From Callorhinchus milii (lineage: Eukaryota), in NCBI RefSeq assembly GCF_018977255.1, contig NW_024704743.1:81532001-81596000 (forward strand): DNA of 64,000 nucleotides, written 5' to 3'. Every line of letters begins with the position of its first letter. Position 1 is the stretch's first letter. The notes beneath the pieces were generated by a model. The model worked only from the letters and a program-made list of their open reading frames with translations, had not been told where the DNA came from and made no database searches. This document shows positions 25,621-39,685 of the stretch, in pieces. The translations under genes were made by a program, and so were the position numbers.

Positions 25621-28600
25621 TATGGGAAAAAAACTAATGGAAATGCAGCATTATTAAAACCCATGGAGAATTCCCCGGGGATTATCTGAAAATTGCAAAC
25701 CTTGATCTTTCAAAAGCACTGATGCAAATCCAACCAGATGTAGTTTCCTAGCCATGTGGTTCTGCATAAGTGTGACTGATTATTCCCCAAGTGGCGTTGG
25801 TTAAGTTTAATTCTCTCCAATATTGAACTCAAGCTTTGTCTGATCTCATTACTGGAATAGAACCAACACCAAGCGTCTGTCAGAGCTGGAGGGAAGTTTA
25901 GGTTTCTACAAAGCAAGGCCAGCGATCATATAGCACAGTGGTCCTGTTGTTAAATGTGATTCATTAGAATTCTCTGCAAAAGATGGTGCTTGATGCAGAA
26001 TCCATGAAATCGTGAAAGGGTACAGGAAAGACTAGGGTCGTGAGACTGAAGACAAAGCTCTGACAGAGAGAAGGCACAAGTACAATGGGCCAAATGGCTT
26101 TCTTTGCTGGTCTGAAAATCGTGTTCAGGTGAAACCTGTGAAATTAGGGAGATCTGAAGAAGATATAGTAATCTACAGAAATTGTGAGCTCCAGTAACAG
26201 TTTACCCTGAGCAGTGTTATGTCTGTCATCGATCAGCATAATCTTTTCCAGATGTCTATCAACATATCCCCTCATGTCTCCAGGAGTACAATGCACTCTG
26301 TATATATTCTGCATGCACTTCTGGCCAGCGGTGTCACTACATAGCATTTCAAGCACAAAAGAGCCAGTCTCACATATTACACCTGTGCTATCACTGTTAG
26401 GCAAGCGCTCTAGAGCGCGACCCTGCGTGAGGGCTGCTACATAAATGCAAGTTTTTGTTGTAAAGTATCACTTTAAATTCTTCAGGGAAACCACCATGTC
26501 CAGGGCTGAGATCATTCACTTCCCACAAGACACACAGATGTTGCTGTTCTTCACCAAACTGATAGTAATATATACTGATGGAGTTATTATCAATGTACTC
26601 AATCTGTGGTTACAAAAGTGACTCATTCAAGTAGCCCTTTAACATTAATTCAATAGCTTTAGGTAGGAGCCAGCATTTCTTAATTTTGACCATGTATAGC
26701 TGTCACTTGTAAGCTGCTCCAGTTGTATCCAGATTGTTTGGCTTGATTCATGTCCTTTCACCCAATAGTGCCACTACATAATGTTTCCAGCACAAAACAG
26801 TCAATCTCACACGTACCATCTAGGTACCTTAAAACTTAAGCTTTACACTTCAAAATTAAATTCATTCATCTAAAACAACATTATTCATGCTGTTAAAATG
26901 CACAATATAATGGATAAGGCATATTGATTAAATACTAACTGAACAATGATGTTTATCTGGATTCCCCAAGAAACAAAAGAAACCAAAAGACAAAAGAAAC
27001 GACGCAGAGAGAACAAAACCGCAGAAACATTCATTGTTGCATGTCTGGGCACATGAATGGGGAGGTAAGGGTAGGGTGGATATTCTGGAAGGATGAGATC
27101 AACTATCATCCAAAATAATTGGTCATTCACATTCAACTCGGAGTTATGAAATGTAAACTTTACTCGATATTCTCTCGTAGAACATAGCTCTCTTCCTACC
27201 AGAGAGCTGCCCTATTGAGTGTCGGCTGAAATACAGCCTATTTGGCATCTACTCACCAGATGAGTGAATGAAGACATGGTTGATTTAATAACGCTCATTG
27301 GATCAATTCTATATGTGCATGTGTACTGGAAGTTACCTGGAACAAGGCTGTTAAGTTTGATTCTTTCCTTAATAAATGTATAAAACGTTTGCCTGTGTTT
27401 GGTGGTAGTACAGAAAAAATAACCAGTGAATAGAAAGTGAAGGCAGCAATCAGGTTATGTAAGTGTGTAAGTGTGATGCCAGCACACAATGCAGGTCCTC
27501 CCACTTTTACATATAGAAATTATTTAGATGACAAAGTGAAGCTCTTGCATAACCCTTGCATATCAGATATTATCAGCTACCCCAAAACATGATTAAATGT
27601 TAGACTACAAGCAGGCATGTAGGGGCAGGACTGAGCAAGAGGCAATGCTTAGGAAATCCCCGTTTAATCCATTGTTTCACTGCTCTTCGAAATCTTGAAT
27701 AACAAGAAGCACATAAATACTTGGCTGATAATTGCATCAGGGTATGGAGAAAAATATTGACTTAGGGATCAGATCTAAGAAAATAGCAGAACTGGCTCAG
27801 CCAGCCAAATAATCGGCTCCAGTTTCTATGTTCCAAAGAAGGATTGCATGCAACAGTCAAAATATATTGTAAATATTTGTAAAGAAGTACACACAAAGTC
27901 TAGTCTTATTGCAGCTTCCACAGCTCAGAGTTTGCTGCGTGCAAATCGGCCGCCACATTTGCCTACAAAAAATACAGTCACTCCGCTTTAGAATACATCC
28001 AGTGAAGTGCTTTGGAACATCCCACTGATGTGAAAGGCGCTACACCAAAACCATGGAGGAAGATTATTATTATTATTATTATTATTACAGTACTCAGGAT
28101 CACCTCATGCTGCTATAAAACCTGTGAGGTGATTATTGCTTAGTTGGTGAGTAAAGTAAACATTGTCTAAATACATTCAAAATTAGCATTCTTCACAAAG
28201 TGATTAAGCATTTCACTGCGACACAACAGGCGAGAGATAAATGTGTCTTAGTCAGCCTGCTGGCTGCAGATGTTCATACTTTTCTCATTCAGATTTTAAC
28301 CCTTTGTTTCACAATATTGTATATATGATGTTTAATTCAAATCGTGTATCAAAGAAGAAAGAACTTGAATTTTTATACTGCCTTAAAACAATAAAAGGGC
28401 TTAAAGTGTTACAATTACTGTCAAACCTAGTAGCTGTTTGTTGGAGGCAAACACATGGTTATTTTGCGCACAGCAAAGAAATCCATCCCTATGCTTAACA
28501 ATATCCACACCAGACTGAAAATTCCTCAAATGCATGCCAACCTACACATCGTAATTTCCCTGTGTGTGCATTGGAATGCACTCTATGGCGGAACACATTC

Positions 28601-31489
28601 TGCTTATCTAATTCCAGACAATATTAGGCATAGGTTGATATAAGATGAGGCTTGGGTTAAATGACCTAAGAGAAATGATAAATATAAGTAAATTAATAAT
28701 TTATCTAGAGCACTGTTGGCCAGGGCACTCACTTGTCTTTTTGAAGAGTATTGTGAGAAACCTCCCTTCTGTTTCTGAATAGTATCATGAGACTTTTTGT
28801 CTGTTTGGAGAAATGTTGCATTAAAAGTGACAAGAGGAGGTTAAAGGAATGACATTAACAACGGAAAACAAAAAACAAAACTGAAATTAAAACCATCTGA
28901 ACAAGAATACAACTTTTTTTTGTAACAAAGTCTTTGTGCAGTTGACCGAGAATAAAAGTGAAGGAATCTAGGTGGGGCTTTCTGAGAACACTCGGAAGGT
29001 TAATGCCAACAGCAAAATGTTTGAATAATGCACTCAAAGTTTCAGAAATGGTGGTGGCTGTCTTGCTCCCCCATCTGCACTTTATTTTTTGTGCCAAAAA
29101 GGAGAAAATAGGAGGAAGGGGGAAATAGTTACGAAAATGTTTGGTGAAAATCAGTAAAACTCTTCCATGGATTTGCAATTTCTGCCCATGTTAAAAGCAG
29201 TCAGAGACCACCGCATAGATTTTCACAGCAGAATTCCACACTGCTCCTTCACTCTCAGATCACCACCAACTAATACAGTGTTTCTGGGATCAAGTAACAG
29301 ACTTAGGATGAGATCATCCATCCAGAACTCATCCGCTTTACCAGTTTGACCATGATGCACACTCACACAGGAAGGCAAAACAGTCAGGTAACTTGTTTAA
29401 TATTATTATTATGATTATTATTATTTATCAGAGAAAACTGTTTCCTTACCGATAACATTTTACCAAAAAAATCCAGGTGTTCACAACAAATTATGTTTAT
29501 AAAGCGCCCTTCTCATAGAGTGCTTTACAGACATGGCACTGTACACAACAAGAGGGGTGTGGGTGAGAGAGGGGGAGGTATTTGCAGATAGGGTGGAAGA
29601 GATGGCTTTTAAAGACAGATAAAAGGCGTGATTCTGCTGTTGAAGGAGCGAATTCCAGAGGATTGCAGCAGAGTGTCTTGAAAACTCGGTGGGCCAGGAA
29701 GCATTCAGCAGAGCTGAGTGGAGGAGTGAGTAGTGTAGACTAATGCTTGAGACGATCAGTGGTATAGCGGTGTGAGGGAATGAAGGGATTTGGTTTCTGG
29801 TGAAAATCAGTAAAATCTGACTAAAGAACCGTACTTAAAGGCTGCTTTCTAACATTATGGACTGCTTTAATCAGGTTCAAGCTACTTGTGCATTCCTGGT
29901 GAATTGTTTCATGACAATTCTGTCCATTGTTACAATCAAAGTCCTAATCTCCTCTTCTCAATGGGATTGTAGCAGAGCACAGTTATTGTGCAGGAATGGG
30001 AACAGGCTCCAAACTGCACGTTTCCACATCCGCTTTGATTAATTTGTCATGCTGAACAGAAGCTCACTGAAATGTCATGGCCAATTCTGGCACAACTCAG
30101 CAAGACTGAAAACAGAGGAGCATCTATAGCATTAGCCACGCTGGACGTGGCTCTGCCCAGATTGGCACTGGCCCACTTAAAGCTTGTGTCATCAGTAACC
30201 GCAGTCATGCCAGAAGCAACCTTTGCTTCTAGGGTTTGAAGCCAGTGATGTCTGTGCTGGCAGACCTGTCATTATCGTTGTCACAACTTGGATAGGAAAG
30301 GTCTGTTTTTTGTTTAATTACCCCCACACACACAGACACATATATACACGCATATCCTCTCCAATCTTTACTTCTCTCCTAATGATACAAACACTTGCTT
30401 GCGTGCAGTTCCCAGGCACCAGTGTCCCTACAGGGCATTTTCTGTAAAGTGTGATGACTGTGCAAATGTGGGTAAATGTCCCAAAACAGCCATGAAAAGA
30501 ACAATCATTTTTTGTTTTGAGGGATTGTTGTCCAGCACACCCCCTTCTCTTTTTAAACTATGTCATGTGATCTTTAATGTCCACCTGAAGAAACAGACTG
30601 AACCTCAGGTGAACATCTCAGTGAAGAACACATTCAACAATGCAATGCTCCCTCAGGAGTGTCAGTTTGACTACAATACCATTAGTGGTAGTATGTAAAA
30701 TATATATTGTGTTTACTGCATATATATACATGGTGAAAGTTACATTTGACTGCTTGCGAACAAGTGATATACTTAGAAAGTTTACACCCTGACTCCAGTT
30801 AATCTTCATGGTAAATATTACTGACACAGTGCAGAATGCTTGGGACAATATGACCAAAATATCATTCTCAGTTTATCTAAGGAGGTATTTGGCAATGATT
30901 TCTTTTTCTGCCTATGTGCTTTCCCACAGAGTATGACTTTGTTATTTAGGTGAAAGTTTCCCTGATGATAGACGATATTTATGAAACAATAACCCATAAA
31001 AGATTACCGCACAGAAGGCCATTCAGCACATCAAATCTGTGATGGTTCTTTGAAAAACCAAATTATAAAGATCAATGAATGGACCTGTGAATTTTTACAC
31101 ATCAAGCCCTAGCCTCATTCATGCATCAATTCTGAAATCTCACATCAAGTCAACGGGACTGAGTTTGTTATCGTGATTCAATGGGTCTTTCAACAGATAA
31201 GAAGCAGTAATGAAGTAGATACAAACAGGGCTGTGTAATTTGGATCCCAGTCCAGTAATAGAGGTTTGAAAAGTATAAAGCCTCACTGGACCATTAAAGC
31301 GGGAGTAGAGATTAAACAACTTTTTTGTTGCCCATGGAATGGATATGTGAGAGACTCAAAATAAGCAGCTGATTCTACCTCAATCACTCCTCCAAATTCA
31401 GCTTCAAGATCAGTTTTGGAAGATTATAATTAGGTGAAGGTTGAGATGAACAAATCTTCCATTTTATACCCCATTCATTGGGCATAAGT

Positions 31490-31635
31490 GCAGCCGGCCC
31501 ACTCATTTCCTGCACAGCTGGCCTGTTTGCTTGCTGTGCAATCGGCCAATTCACCTCCTTTGCAGCTGGCTTGCTCCCTTCCTGTATAACTGGCTAGTTT
31601 ACTTCCTGCGTAGCTGGCCTAATCATTTCCTGTCT
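31490..31635. repeat. Degenerate 24-bp minisatellite, 6 copies
   Basis: CAGCTGGCC-like starts at about 31491, 31515, 31539, 31563, 31587 and 31611. Confidence 0.75.
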
Positions 31636-32024
31636 GCCAAATGGCTGCAGGGCTCAAAATGGCAGGACTTTGGCTCATTAGCTCTCACTGTCATCACATC
31701 CAGTATTCTGTGCCTGTCAGCACACACAAAGCCAGCCAACCGGGTCACACATGGCCACTGAAACTGGCTATTGTGGCCTCATTGTATTGTCATTGGTATT
31801 CTCCAAGTTGTTGTTATTCTATGGATCCCAAACGTTACTTTACAATGGGACTCCCACAAACAGCCATGACATAAATGACCACTTTTTGTCTGCAGAATTG
31901 TTGGCCAGGACACTGAGAGAAACCCCCTTCGCTTTTTCAACAGTGCTATAAGATCTTTAACATTCACCTCAATACTAAGACAGATCCTTGGTTTGATGTC
32001 TCACCTGATTGATGGCGTAGGATG

Positions 32025-33222
32025 GAGACACAGTCGATCACACCATCCTCCTCCACTGCCTTTCCTCCGTCATCCACCTCAGTGGGACCGCACTTGCCTG
32101 GTTCGAGCCCTATCTCACAAACCGCCAGCAGCACATCTGCACAAATGGCTTCTCCTCCCGCTCTCACCCGGTTACCTGCGGGGTACCCCAAGGATCCATC
32201 CTTGGCCCCTTCCTATTTCTGATCTACATGCTCCCTCTTGGAGATGTCACCCGCAGACATGGGGTACATTTTCACATGTATGCGGACAACACCCAACTCT
32301 ATTTTTCCACCTCTCTTTGCGACCCCCAGTCCCCTGACTGTCAGACCTCAGGGACTGGATGAGCACAAATTTCCTTCAACTGAACGTTGACAAGATGGAA
32401 GCCATACTCTTTGGCTCTTGTCAACATCTAAAATCTCACAGTTCTCACCTCCTCCACCTACCCGATCTCCCCCTAAAACTCTGAACCCGTACGCAACCTA
32501 GCCGTCAGGTTCGACCCCCAATTATCCTTCCTCCCCCACATCCAGTCCCTCACCAGCACCGCTTTCTTCCACCTCCGACGCATCACCCGTCTCTGTCAAT
32601 ACCTCTCCCCAAAAGCCGCTGGAACCCTGGTCCATGCCTTTGTCACCTCTCGGCTGGACTACTCTAACGCCCTCCCCGACGGTCTCCCTTCCACTACCAT
32701 CCATAAAATCCAAATCATTCAAAACTCTGCCGCCCGCATTCTCACCCGCACCAAACTCCGCTCCCCGATTACCCCGTCCTTGCCAGACTGCACTGGCTCC
32801 CTGTCCCAGAGAGGATCGATTTCAAGATCCTCACCGTTGTCTTCAAATCCCTCCACTCCTCCGCATCCCCCTACCTTTTTGACTTCTTCTCTCCTCAAAA
32901 CAGTGCCCCTTGCCTTCGTTCCTCCGGGTCTGGCCTCCTCCTTGTCCCCCGAGTCCTCCGCTCCATCCTTGGTGGCCGTGCCTCCAGCCACTATGCCCTG
33001 AGCCTCTGGAACACCCTTCCTCACTCCCATTGCCTCGCCTCCTCTCCTCCTATTTTCAGGTCTCTGCTGAAGACCTTTCTTTTCGACCGCATCTTTGGTC
33101 ACCTTCCTCCCCCTCCCCCTGGCTCGGCCCCAGGATCTGTTACTGTGATGCACTCTGAGACACCGCCTGGCGTGGAGGGCCCTATATAAATCCAAGTTGT
33201 TGTTGTTGTTGTTGTTGTTGTT
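32025..33222 (+). mobile_element. 5'-truncated L2 LINE (second subfamily)
   Basis: DTVDHTILL, GVPQGSILGP, FHMYADNTQ and LVHAFVTSRLDYSNA coding remnants; long (TTG)n tail. Confidence 0.92.
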
Positions 33223-33284
33223 ATTTCTGACAATGCAACACTCCCCACGTACTGCTTGCAGTCCTAGTCTAGATTATGAGCTCA

Positions 33285-33613
33285 AATAATAATAATAATA
33301 ATAATAATAATCATTGCATTTGATATAGCACTTTTCATGTCTTCTAGACGTCTCAAAGCGCTTCACAGAATATGCTGTAAAGTGAATTGACTATATATTT
33401 GTGGGCGAAACGTGGCAGCCAATTGCGCACAGCAGTGTCCCACAAGCAGTCGTAGATTGAAAATGACCAATTTATTATTGCTTTTTGTTTTGGAGGGATT
33501 ATTATTAGGCGTGTGGAGTAAGGAAACTTACCCAAGGTTTCGTCCTGCCTGGAATTGAACCCAGGTGTCTCGCTTGCAAAGCGAGTGCTCTAAGCACTGA
33601 ACTACAGGACTCC
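33285..33613 (-). mobile_element. Full-length tRNA-Ala-headed SINE
   Basis: Same family as 15929, 37614 and 43506; long (ATT)n tail. Confidence 0.9.
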
Positions 33614-34509
33614 TTGGTTCAAGTCCCAACAAGGGACTTGAACCCACAACCTTCTGACACAGACGAGAATCACAAGCAACTGAAGAAATTTAGGAATTTC
33701 ACGTTTTTCTCTCCCTGGCTTCACAAACACTGGCCCTCTTCCACATTTCAGCAAATAAAGTACTCTTTACAATCTCATGCACTGTGTGCAAAGCTGAACC
33801 TTTTAGACTTTTCTAAATAAATTGTCTCTGCTGAAGCTCCATGCTCCCTGTTCAGCAGTGAGGAAACGAGTACCTGCATTCCACAGCGTTCCAAAGTATG
33901 TTAAGGTTTAAAAATAGCCTCTGCTACATCTGGGCAACATCTGTCCAAACATACTACACACACATAGAGTTGGCACAAGATGCAGCTCTTTCATGCGTTT
34001 TGGAAAAAATAGCTAGTGCCTCTTTAAACGTTCCTATGCCTCAAGGAACAAATATTATAGAGAAACCAGGGAGTGATAAAAGTAACAAGTAATGAGGCAA
34101 GCTCCTATTCAATGTGGTTCTCCTGCAGAGGTGACATCTTTATGTACTCTGTGAGGGAGAGGACAGGGTGCTAATTGTACCCTCTTTTTTTTCTGTCCAG
34201 CGATCTCAGCCAATTCTCCAACCTCTCGTCTGAAGGCATTTGATTCATTTTTTTCACTGAGCGACTGTTTCATGCAGTCACCCTTCTGCATCTCACGCAG
34301 GTCATCATTCTTTATGTGTGAATCTGGATAATCACGTGCTAGTCTACTGTGAATGGCGTAACCGCTGAGTCTGAACCTGTCTTTACCTGATCCTCTTTCC
34401 CCTGATATACATATTTCAGGGCTCTGGAAACCATCAGGAGCACGGAACTTGGATGAGTTTTCCTTCCTATTTTGTGTCGCACCTAATGTGATAAGTCAAC
34501 ATAAACCGA

Positions 34510-35098
34510 GTACTTCATAATATTCAGACTTGACTACGTAAACTCCCTGCTTGTCGGCCTCCCTAACTCCTCCCTCCATAGGCTGCAGATCATCCAGAAC
34601 TCTGCAGCCCGTGTCCTCTCCCTCACCAGGGCTCTGCGACCTTATCACCGCCATCCTCGCCTGACTCCACTGGCTTCCCATCACACAGAGGATACAATTC
34701 AAGATCCTGGTCCTCACCTTCAAAGCTCTCCCTACATCTGCGACCTTCTAACCTCTACCAACCCTGCCTGCTCCCTCCACTCAGCGGCTTCTGACCTTCA
34801 CGTCCCCCGCTTCGCCAGCCCTACCATTGGTGGATGGGCCTTCTGCCACTCTGCCCCACCCTCTGGAACTCCATCCCAGAGTTCCTCCGCCTCACCCCAT
34901 CCTTGCCTCTTTCAAGACCCGTCTCAAGACTCTCCTCTTCGATCTTACCTTCGGTCATCCTCCTTCCCCCTCCGCTCTCCACCCTCCCCGATCCCGACCC
35001 CTAGCTTGGGACCGAAACACTTGATTGACAGGCACCTTGGGACGTCTTCCCAACGTGAAAGGCGCTATACAAATGTAATTTTGTTGTTGTTGTTGTTG
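34510..35098 (+). mobile_element. L2 LINE 3' fragment
   Basis: RLQIIQNSAARVL and LHWLPITQRIQFKIL remnants; terminal hairpin and (TTG)n tail. Confidence 0.88.
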
Positions 35099-35207
35099 TA
35101 TTGAACCTGGGATTTTCCTGGTCTGTGTGTCTCAGGGATTCACTGTGTTTCTATTTTCCTTACTATGGCTGCCTCTACCCAAAACTGACCACCATTGGCA
35201 AGTCAGC

Positions 35208-35576
35208 CCGGCACAGTGGTAGCACTCCCGCCTCTGAGTCAGAAGGATGTGAGTTCAAACCCCATATTGGAACTTGGAATCTTCAGATGAGACGTTAAGA
35301 CAAGATCCTATCTGCCTGTTCAGGTGGATGTTAAAGATCCCATAGCACGACTTGAAAAGAGAAGGGAGTTTCTTCCGGTGTCCTGGCCAACAATCCTCCC
35401 CAAAAATTGGTCACTCCATGTCTGCTTGTGGGACATTGCTGTGCAAACTTGGCTGCCAAGTTTCGATCACAAAATACACAGTCAATCCACTTTACAGTGT
35501 ATTCTGTGAAGCGCTTTGAGACGTCTCACCAATGTGATATGGCACTATATGAAATGTAACGATTATTATTATTATT
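35208..35576 (+). mobile_element. Near full-length Deu-domain SINE with internal deletion
   Basis: tRNA-like head, core GTTCAGGTGGATGTTAAAGATCCCATAGCAC...CCGGTGTCCTGGCCAA, L2-like tail ending (ATT)n. Confidence 0.8.
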
Positions 35577-37129
35577 GTCTGATGTCATCTGCTGCAGTAC
35601 AGCTGGTATTTCCTGACTCATGTGCAGTGGAAGCCGTATGTCTGTCTCAGTCAATGTAAAACTAAACTACATCTTTGTTACAATTACGAGTATATCAGGT
35701 CCCAAAGTTCTAAACTCCTGAATGCCACAGGGCATGTGTTCAGAAATCATTTATGCTAAACGTGAATTAAAATGATCCCACAGTCTCCAAGTCTGGTTTT
35801 CTACACACATCACTATGCCATATTAATACAGAGCAGCGTTCAAACTGACGGCCTGTAAATCATTAACAACAAAAAGTAGAACTGGCAAAGAATGGACAGA
35901 ACCAAAATTTCACTGTACTCTAAAAGTTATATAATTATAAAAAAGAGAACTGCCCGACCTTTGCTCAGTGTTTTTCTTCCCCACCCATGATGTTAATTTT
36001 AGCAGACTGCTGAGCGAATACTGCACAGAATTAGATGGTGGGGTTCAAAATGTGAGATTCGCAAAAGGATTTGCAAACCGTGAACTCCGCCGACCTGTCT
36101 CATGCTGACCCGCTCATACTCTGTTTGCACTCTCAGGTTCAATTTCCATGAAACCAGATTACGGCCAAAGCAGGCGGCCAGCAGGAGATCGATGGAGACC
36201 AGAATTCAAGACGAGTTGTGAAAATTCGGTTGGAGACACGTGCAAGATTCTCCATTACCAAATCAATTCAAACTCCATTGCCTGCAACCTTGCCCCATCA
36301 ACCTTCGCATGTCCCAGTCCACACCAGGCTCCACAGGCTCCCTGTCTCCGAAAGGATCAATTTGAAGATGCTCACCTTATACACAAATCCCTCATGCCCG
36401 AGCATCTCCCTACCTTTGACCTGCATGTACCCCATGCATCTGCCCTCCACAGCCCCACACCCACCCCCTGCTCAGCTAACACAGGCCTGCTGCGTGTCCC
36501 CGACCCCTTTGCGCGCTTCATGAGGGGTAGAGTCCCGCAGTGCTTAACAACAAAGTCCCTGACATACCCCACCCCAAATATGACAAAATGCCAGTTTCAT
36601 GTTTGACAGAGTCACACTATTGTTAGTGCAAAGTGGCAACTTGTTTTACATGGCAGCCGGGCTTCCAGCTGTTCCAAGTTAGCACGGCTGGTGTAAACTA
36701 GTCAGATCAGTTTGATTACTCTAATGTCACTGTAGAGTGAGAAAGTGCTTGCCGAGACTTTGCTTCTGTGCGGGGAGTGAGAACAGCTGGAGAAGATCCT
36801 GTCCACTGCAGTGAGGTGCCAATGGAAGTGATGTGATGTCTGCATTTCCATACTATTCACATCACGTCCTGGCATCAAGCACTCAGTTTATTGCATCCCT
36901 GTTAAACTGTTCAAAACTTTATTCCATTTGAATCAAGTTATTGGACAACAGAGTGTTCATGTCAAGTACAGCTAGATACCAGGTTCCTCCGATGATTCAG
37001 TCAACAATCACCACCTGGAGTGAAACTGAGCCAGACACACCACAAGAACACAAGATAATAAGAGAGGTACATAAAGATGATGCCTCTTGGGGTCTTTTGA
37101 TCTCATCCTTCCAAAGGAAGGAAGGTTAT

Positions 37130-37345
37130 GGGGTATGCTGAGTTAGCTGATCTCAGTCTGGGTCGTGGCAGTACAGGCATTACAATGAGCTTCGGTGCCC
37201 CTGAGGTAATCACCTGCTCCTATTCCTTCTGAAAAATGAGTGTATATGGGAATGTGATGGTCTCCCCCCACTCACAAACACATTCCTTCCCATGAAAGAG
37301 GCTGCTGACTGCATACAGAGAGCTGATGCCTGGAACATTACCCCA
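37130..37345 (+). mobile_element. Ancient degraded interspersed repeat, possibly LF-SINE-like; possible relatives near 34200-34450 (-) and 44650-45080 (+)
   Basis: TGCTGAGTTAGCTGATCTCAG...TACAATGAGCTTCGGTGCCCCTGAG resembles my recollection of a chondrichthyan repeat; assignment weak. Confidence 0.3.
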
Positions 37346-37613
37346 GTATGGATGAGTCAGAAGAAGTAGAAAACTAAACTAAAACAAACAGATCTGCTGT
37401 GTACATGGCATCAGAGAAAGGCTGCCTTCTTACCACTCTAAACCACGGACAATGATGAAGTTTCTTTCTCTACTGTTTCTGACTGTTTATTATAGTTAGC
37501 CAAGTCTAACCACCATTCTTTATCTGATCAAGTGGAGATAGAATCATGGTGACATTGGCGAACTGACTGGAAACATCTTTTCTTCTGACCTACGCATGTT
37601 GGGGTTTAATTCA

Positions 37614-37929
37614 GAGTCCTGTAGCTCAGTGGTTAGATCACTCGCCTATCAAGTGAGAGACCTGGGTTCAATTCCGGGCAGGGCGAAACCTTGGGCAAGT
37701 TTACTTACTCCACACGGCTGATAATAATCCCTCAAGAAAAAAATAATAATAATTTGGTCACTTCAATCCACGACTATTTGTGGGACACTGCTGTGTGCAA
37801 TTTGGCTGCCGCATTTCACCCACAAATATACAGTCAATTCACTTTACAGTCTATTCTGTGAAGTGCTTTGAGACGTCTAGAAGACATGAAAAGCGCAACA
37901 TCAAATGCAAGTATTATTATTATTATTAT
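37614..37929 (+). mobile_element. Full-length tRNA-Ala-headed SINE
   Basis: GAGTCCTGTAGCTCAGTGGTTAGA...GGGTTCAATTCC...CAAATGCAAGTATTATTATT. Confidence 0.9.
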
Positions 37930-39519
37930 AGTTTGTACACTGGCTTAATGGGATTCCTTAACACAACAACAACAACTTGAATTAGCCCCTTTACCCGGGG
38001 TAGTGTCTCCGACCGCTTAAGAAGGAAGAATACAAGTTGTGCAAAAGGGGGACTCCTTGATCCTCTATGGCATGTTTTGACCCATATGAATAGTCTAAAT
38101 ACAGAATTCCAGTTTGCAGTGGATTAATCTTTGCGGAGGATTTCTTATCAGGGAATCCATTAAGAAATATTGCAAATTAGACCTGTGTAAACATTATTAG
38201 TAATCTCTAACTCAGTAAGTACCCTGTAGCCAGATTAATAATAAACCACAATAATACACTGCAATACAAGGAGACATGGAACAGTTTGGAATGTGAAGCT
38301 GTCAATTCACTTTACAGTATACTCTGTGAAACATTTTGAGATGTCTCGACGACATGATAAGGTGCTATATCAAATGCAAATGCAAGTATATTAAAACTGT
38401 GAGCACAAACATTTTGCTAGTTAATAAACTCCTCTTAATTTTAATCTCTTATTACAACTCCAAAATTTCAATTAACGTTTACTCCTTAAGCCAACTTTCA
38501 GCCAATTAAGCCAAGTTTCAGCAACCCACAAACACTCCCATCCTATAGCAATATTTCAGTATTTCTCTTCTTTTTTTCACATTCTACCACCTCCTTCCCT
38601 ATCCTCATGTAATACGACTGGCAACCTATATATTAGAGGTTGATTCACTGTCCTATTTCACCTTCTTTTCACCCTTCAGCATTTCCACCCCGCTCCCCCA
38701 CCTCACCCCACCGACACAAGCTGTTTTAAGATGAGAAATGGACTGCGGGGAGGTGGTGAAGATATTTTATTCATGCCTCACTTAGCATATATTGCAAATG
38801 CCTGTGCACTGTCTTGTAAGATTGGATGAGTGACAGTTGAGATCAAAGGTTAAAACTTTTCCTCTGCTGAACTTTATAAAGCTTCAGCATTTCTTATTGT
38901 ATCTCTGTTTCATAACATAAACACTGTTTATTTTTTCTGAACTAGCTCAGACAATGCAAACAGCTTTGAGGACAGTTGGTGATGTTATCTGTTACCAATG
39001 GAGAAACGGACAGTGGTACAGATTCTGATGGTATCAGGCACCTTTATTGGGCTACAAACCTCTGGAGTTGAGAGAAAGACTGGACTCCCTTTTAATAACG
39101 CTCAGGTCAAGTCTTCACATCTTGATGATTCTAAGCAAGAGTAATTCTCAATTTAATTGTATGGCCTTACAGTCCAAAGCTCACTTGGTCTCACTATTTA
39201 AAATGATAATCAGCTACGTGTTCAGTTATCTGTTAGAGTCTAACTAATGGAAATACCAGATTCTAAAGCCTTTAGAGTAAATCTGGAATTAATTTTGTTT
39301 TCTAAAAAAAGATGCCATTGGAAATGTGCAGTGTTAGGGCTCGATTGTATGTTTGCGTCAAAAAGCTTAAATTTAGAACTTTCATAAAATGGTTTATTTT
39401 TACTTAGAAAGTGGTGATTTGGGGCACAGCATAGAGACACTTCAGCTCAGTCTTTAATATGCATCAAGGTGGTGATGTCATTAGAGTAAATGGTGAAGCA
39501 TAGCCAGTGGGCAGAAAGT

Positions 39520-39685
39520 AGGTGAGAGGGAGAGATGGAAAGAGAGGGAGAGAAATAGAGTGAGAGACAGAGAAAGAGTGAGAGATAGAAAGAGGGAACA
39601 GAAAGGGAGAGGGTGAGAGACAGAGAGAGTGATAGAAAGAGTGGGAGGGAGACATAAAGCGAGATTGAGAGACAGAGAGGAAGAA
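39520..39685. repeat. GA-rich low-complexity tract
   Basis: Purine-rich degenerate (GA)n. Confidence 0.8.

Larger units (their letters stand above)
31846..33668 (-). mobile_element. Deu-domain SINE split into three pieces (about 31846-32017, 33224-33284, 33614-33668)
   Basis: The pieces are collinear with the reverse complement of the copies at 6729 and 35208: core ...GATCTTTAACATTCACC, middle TGACAATGCAACACTCCC...AGATTATGAGCTCAA, head GGGACTTGAACCCACAACCTTCTGAC. Confidence 0.72.

Noticed and set aside
30950..30992. Hammerhead-like CTGATGA...GAAAC
   Set aside because: No proper stem II closing pair and no stem I can be drawn; probably chance.
36148..36606. 152-aa ORF as a nested gene
   Set aside because: Overlaps a decayed L2 3' fragment (LHRLPVSERINLK remnant in another frame); no recognisable domain.
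37614..37685. tRNA-Ala-like gene (also at 16170-16238, 33545-33613, 43760-43832)
   Set aside because: These are SINE heads: poor acceptor stem, variable anticodon region, always followed by the same body and (ATT)n tail.
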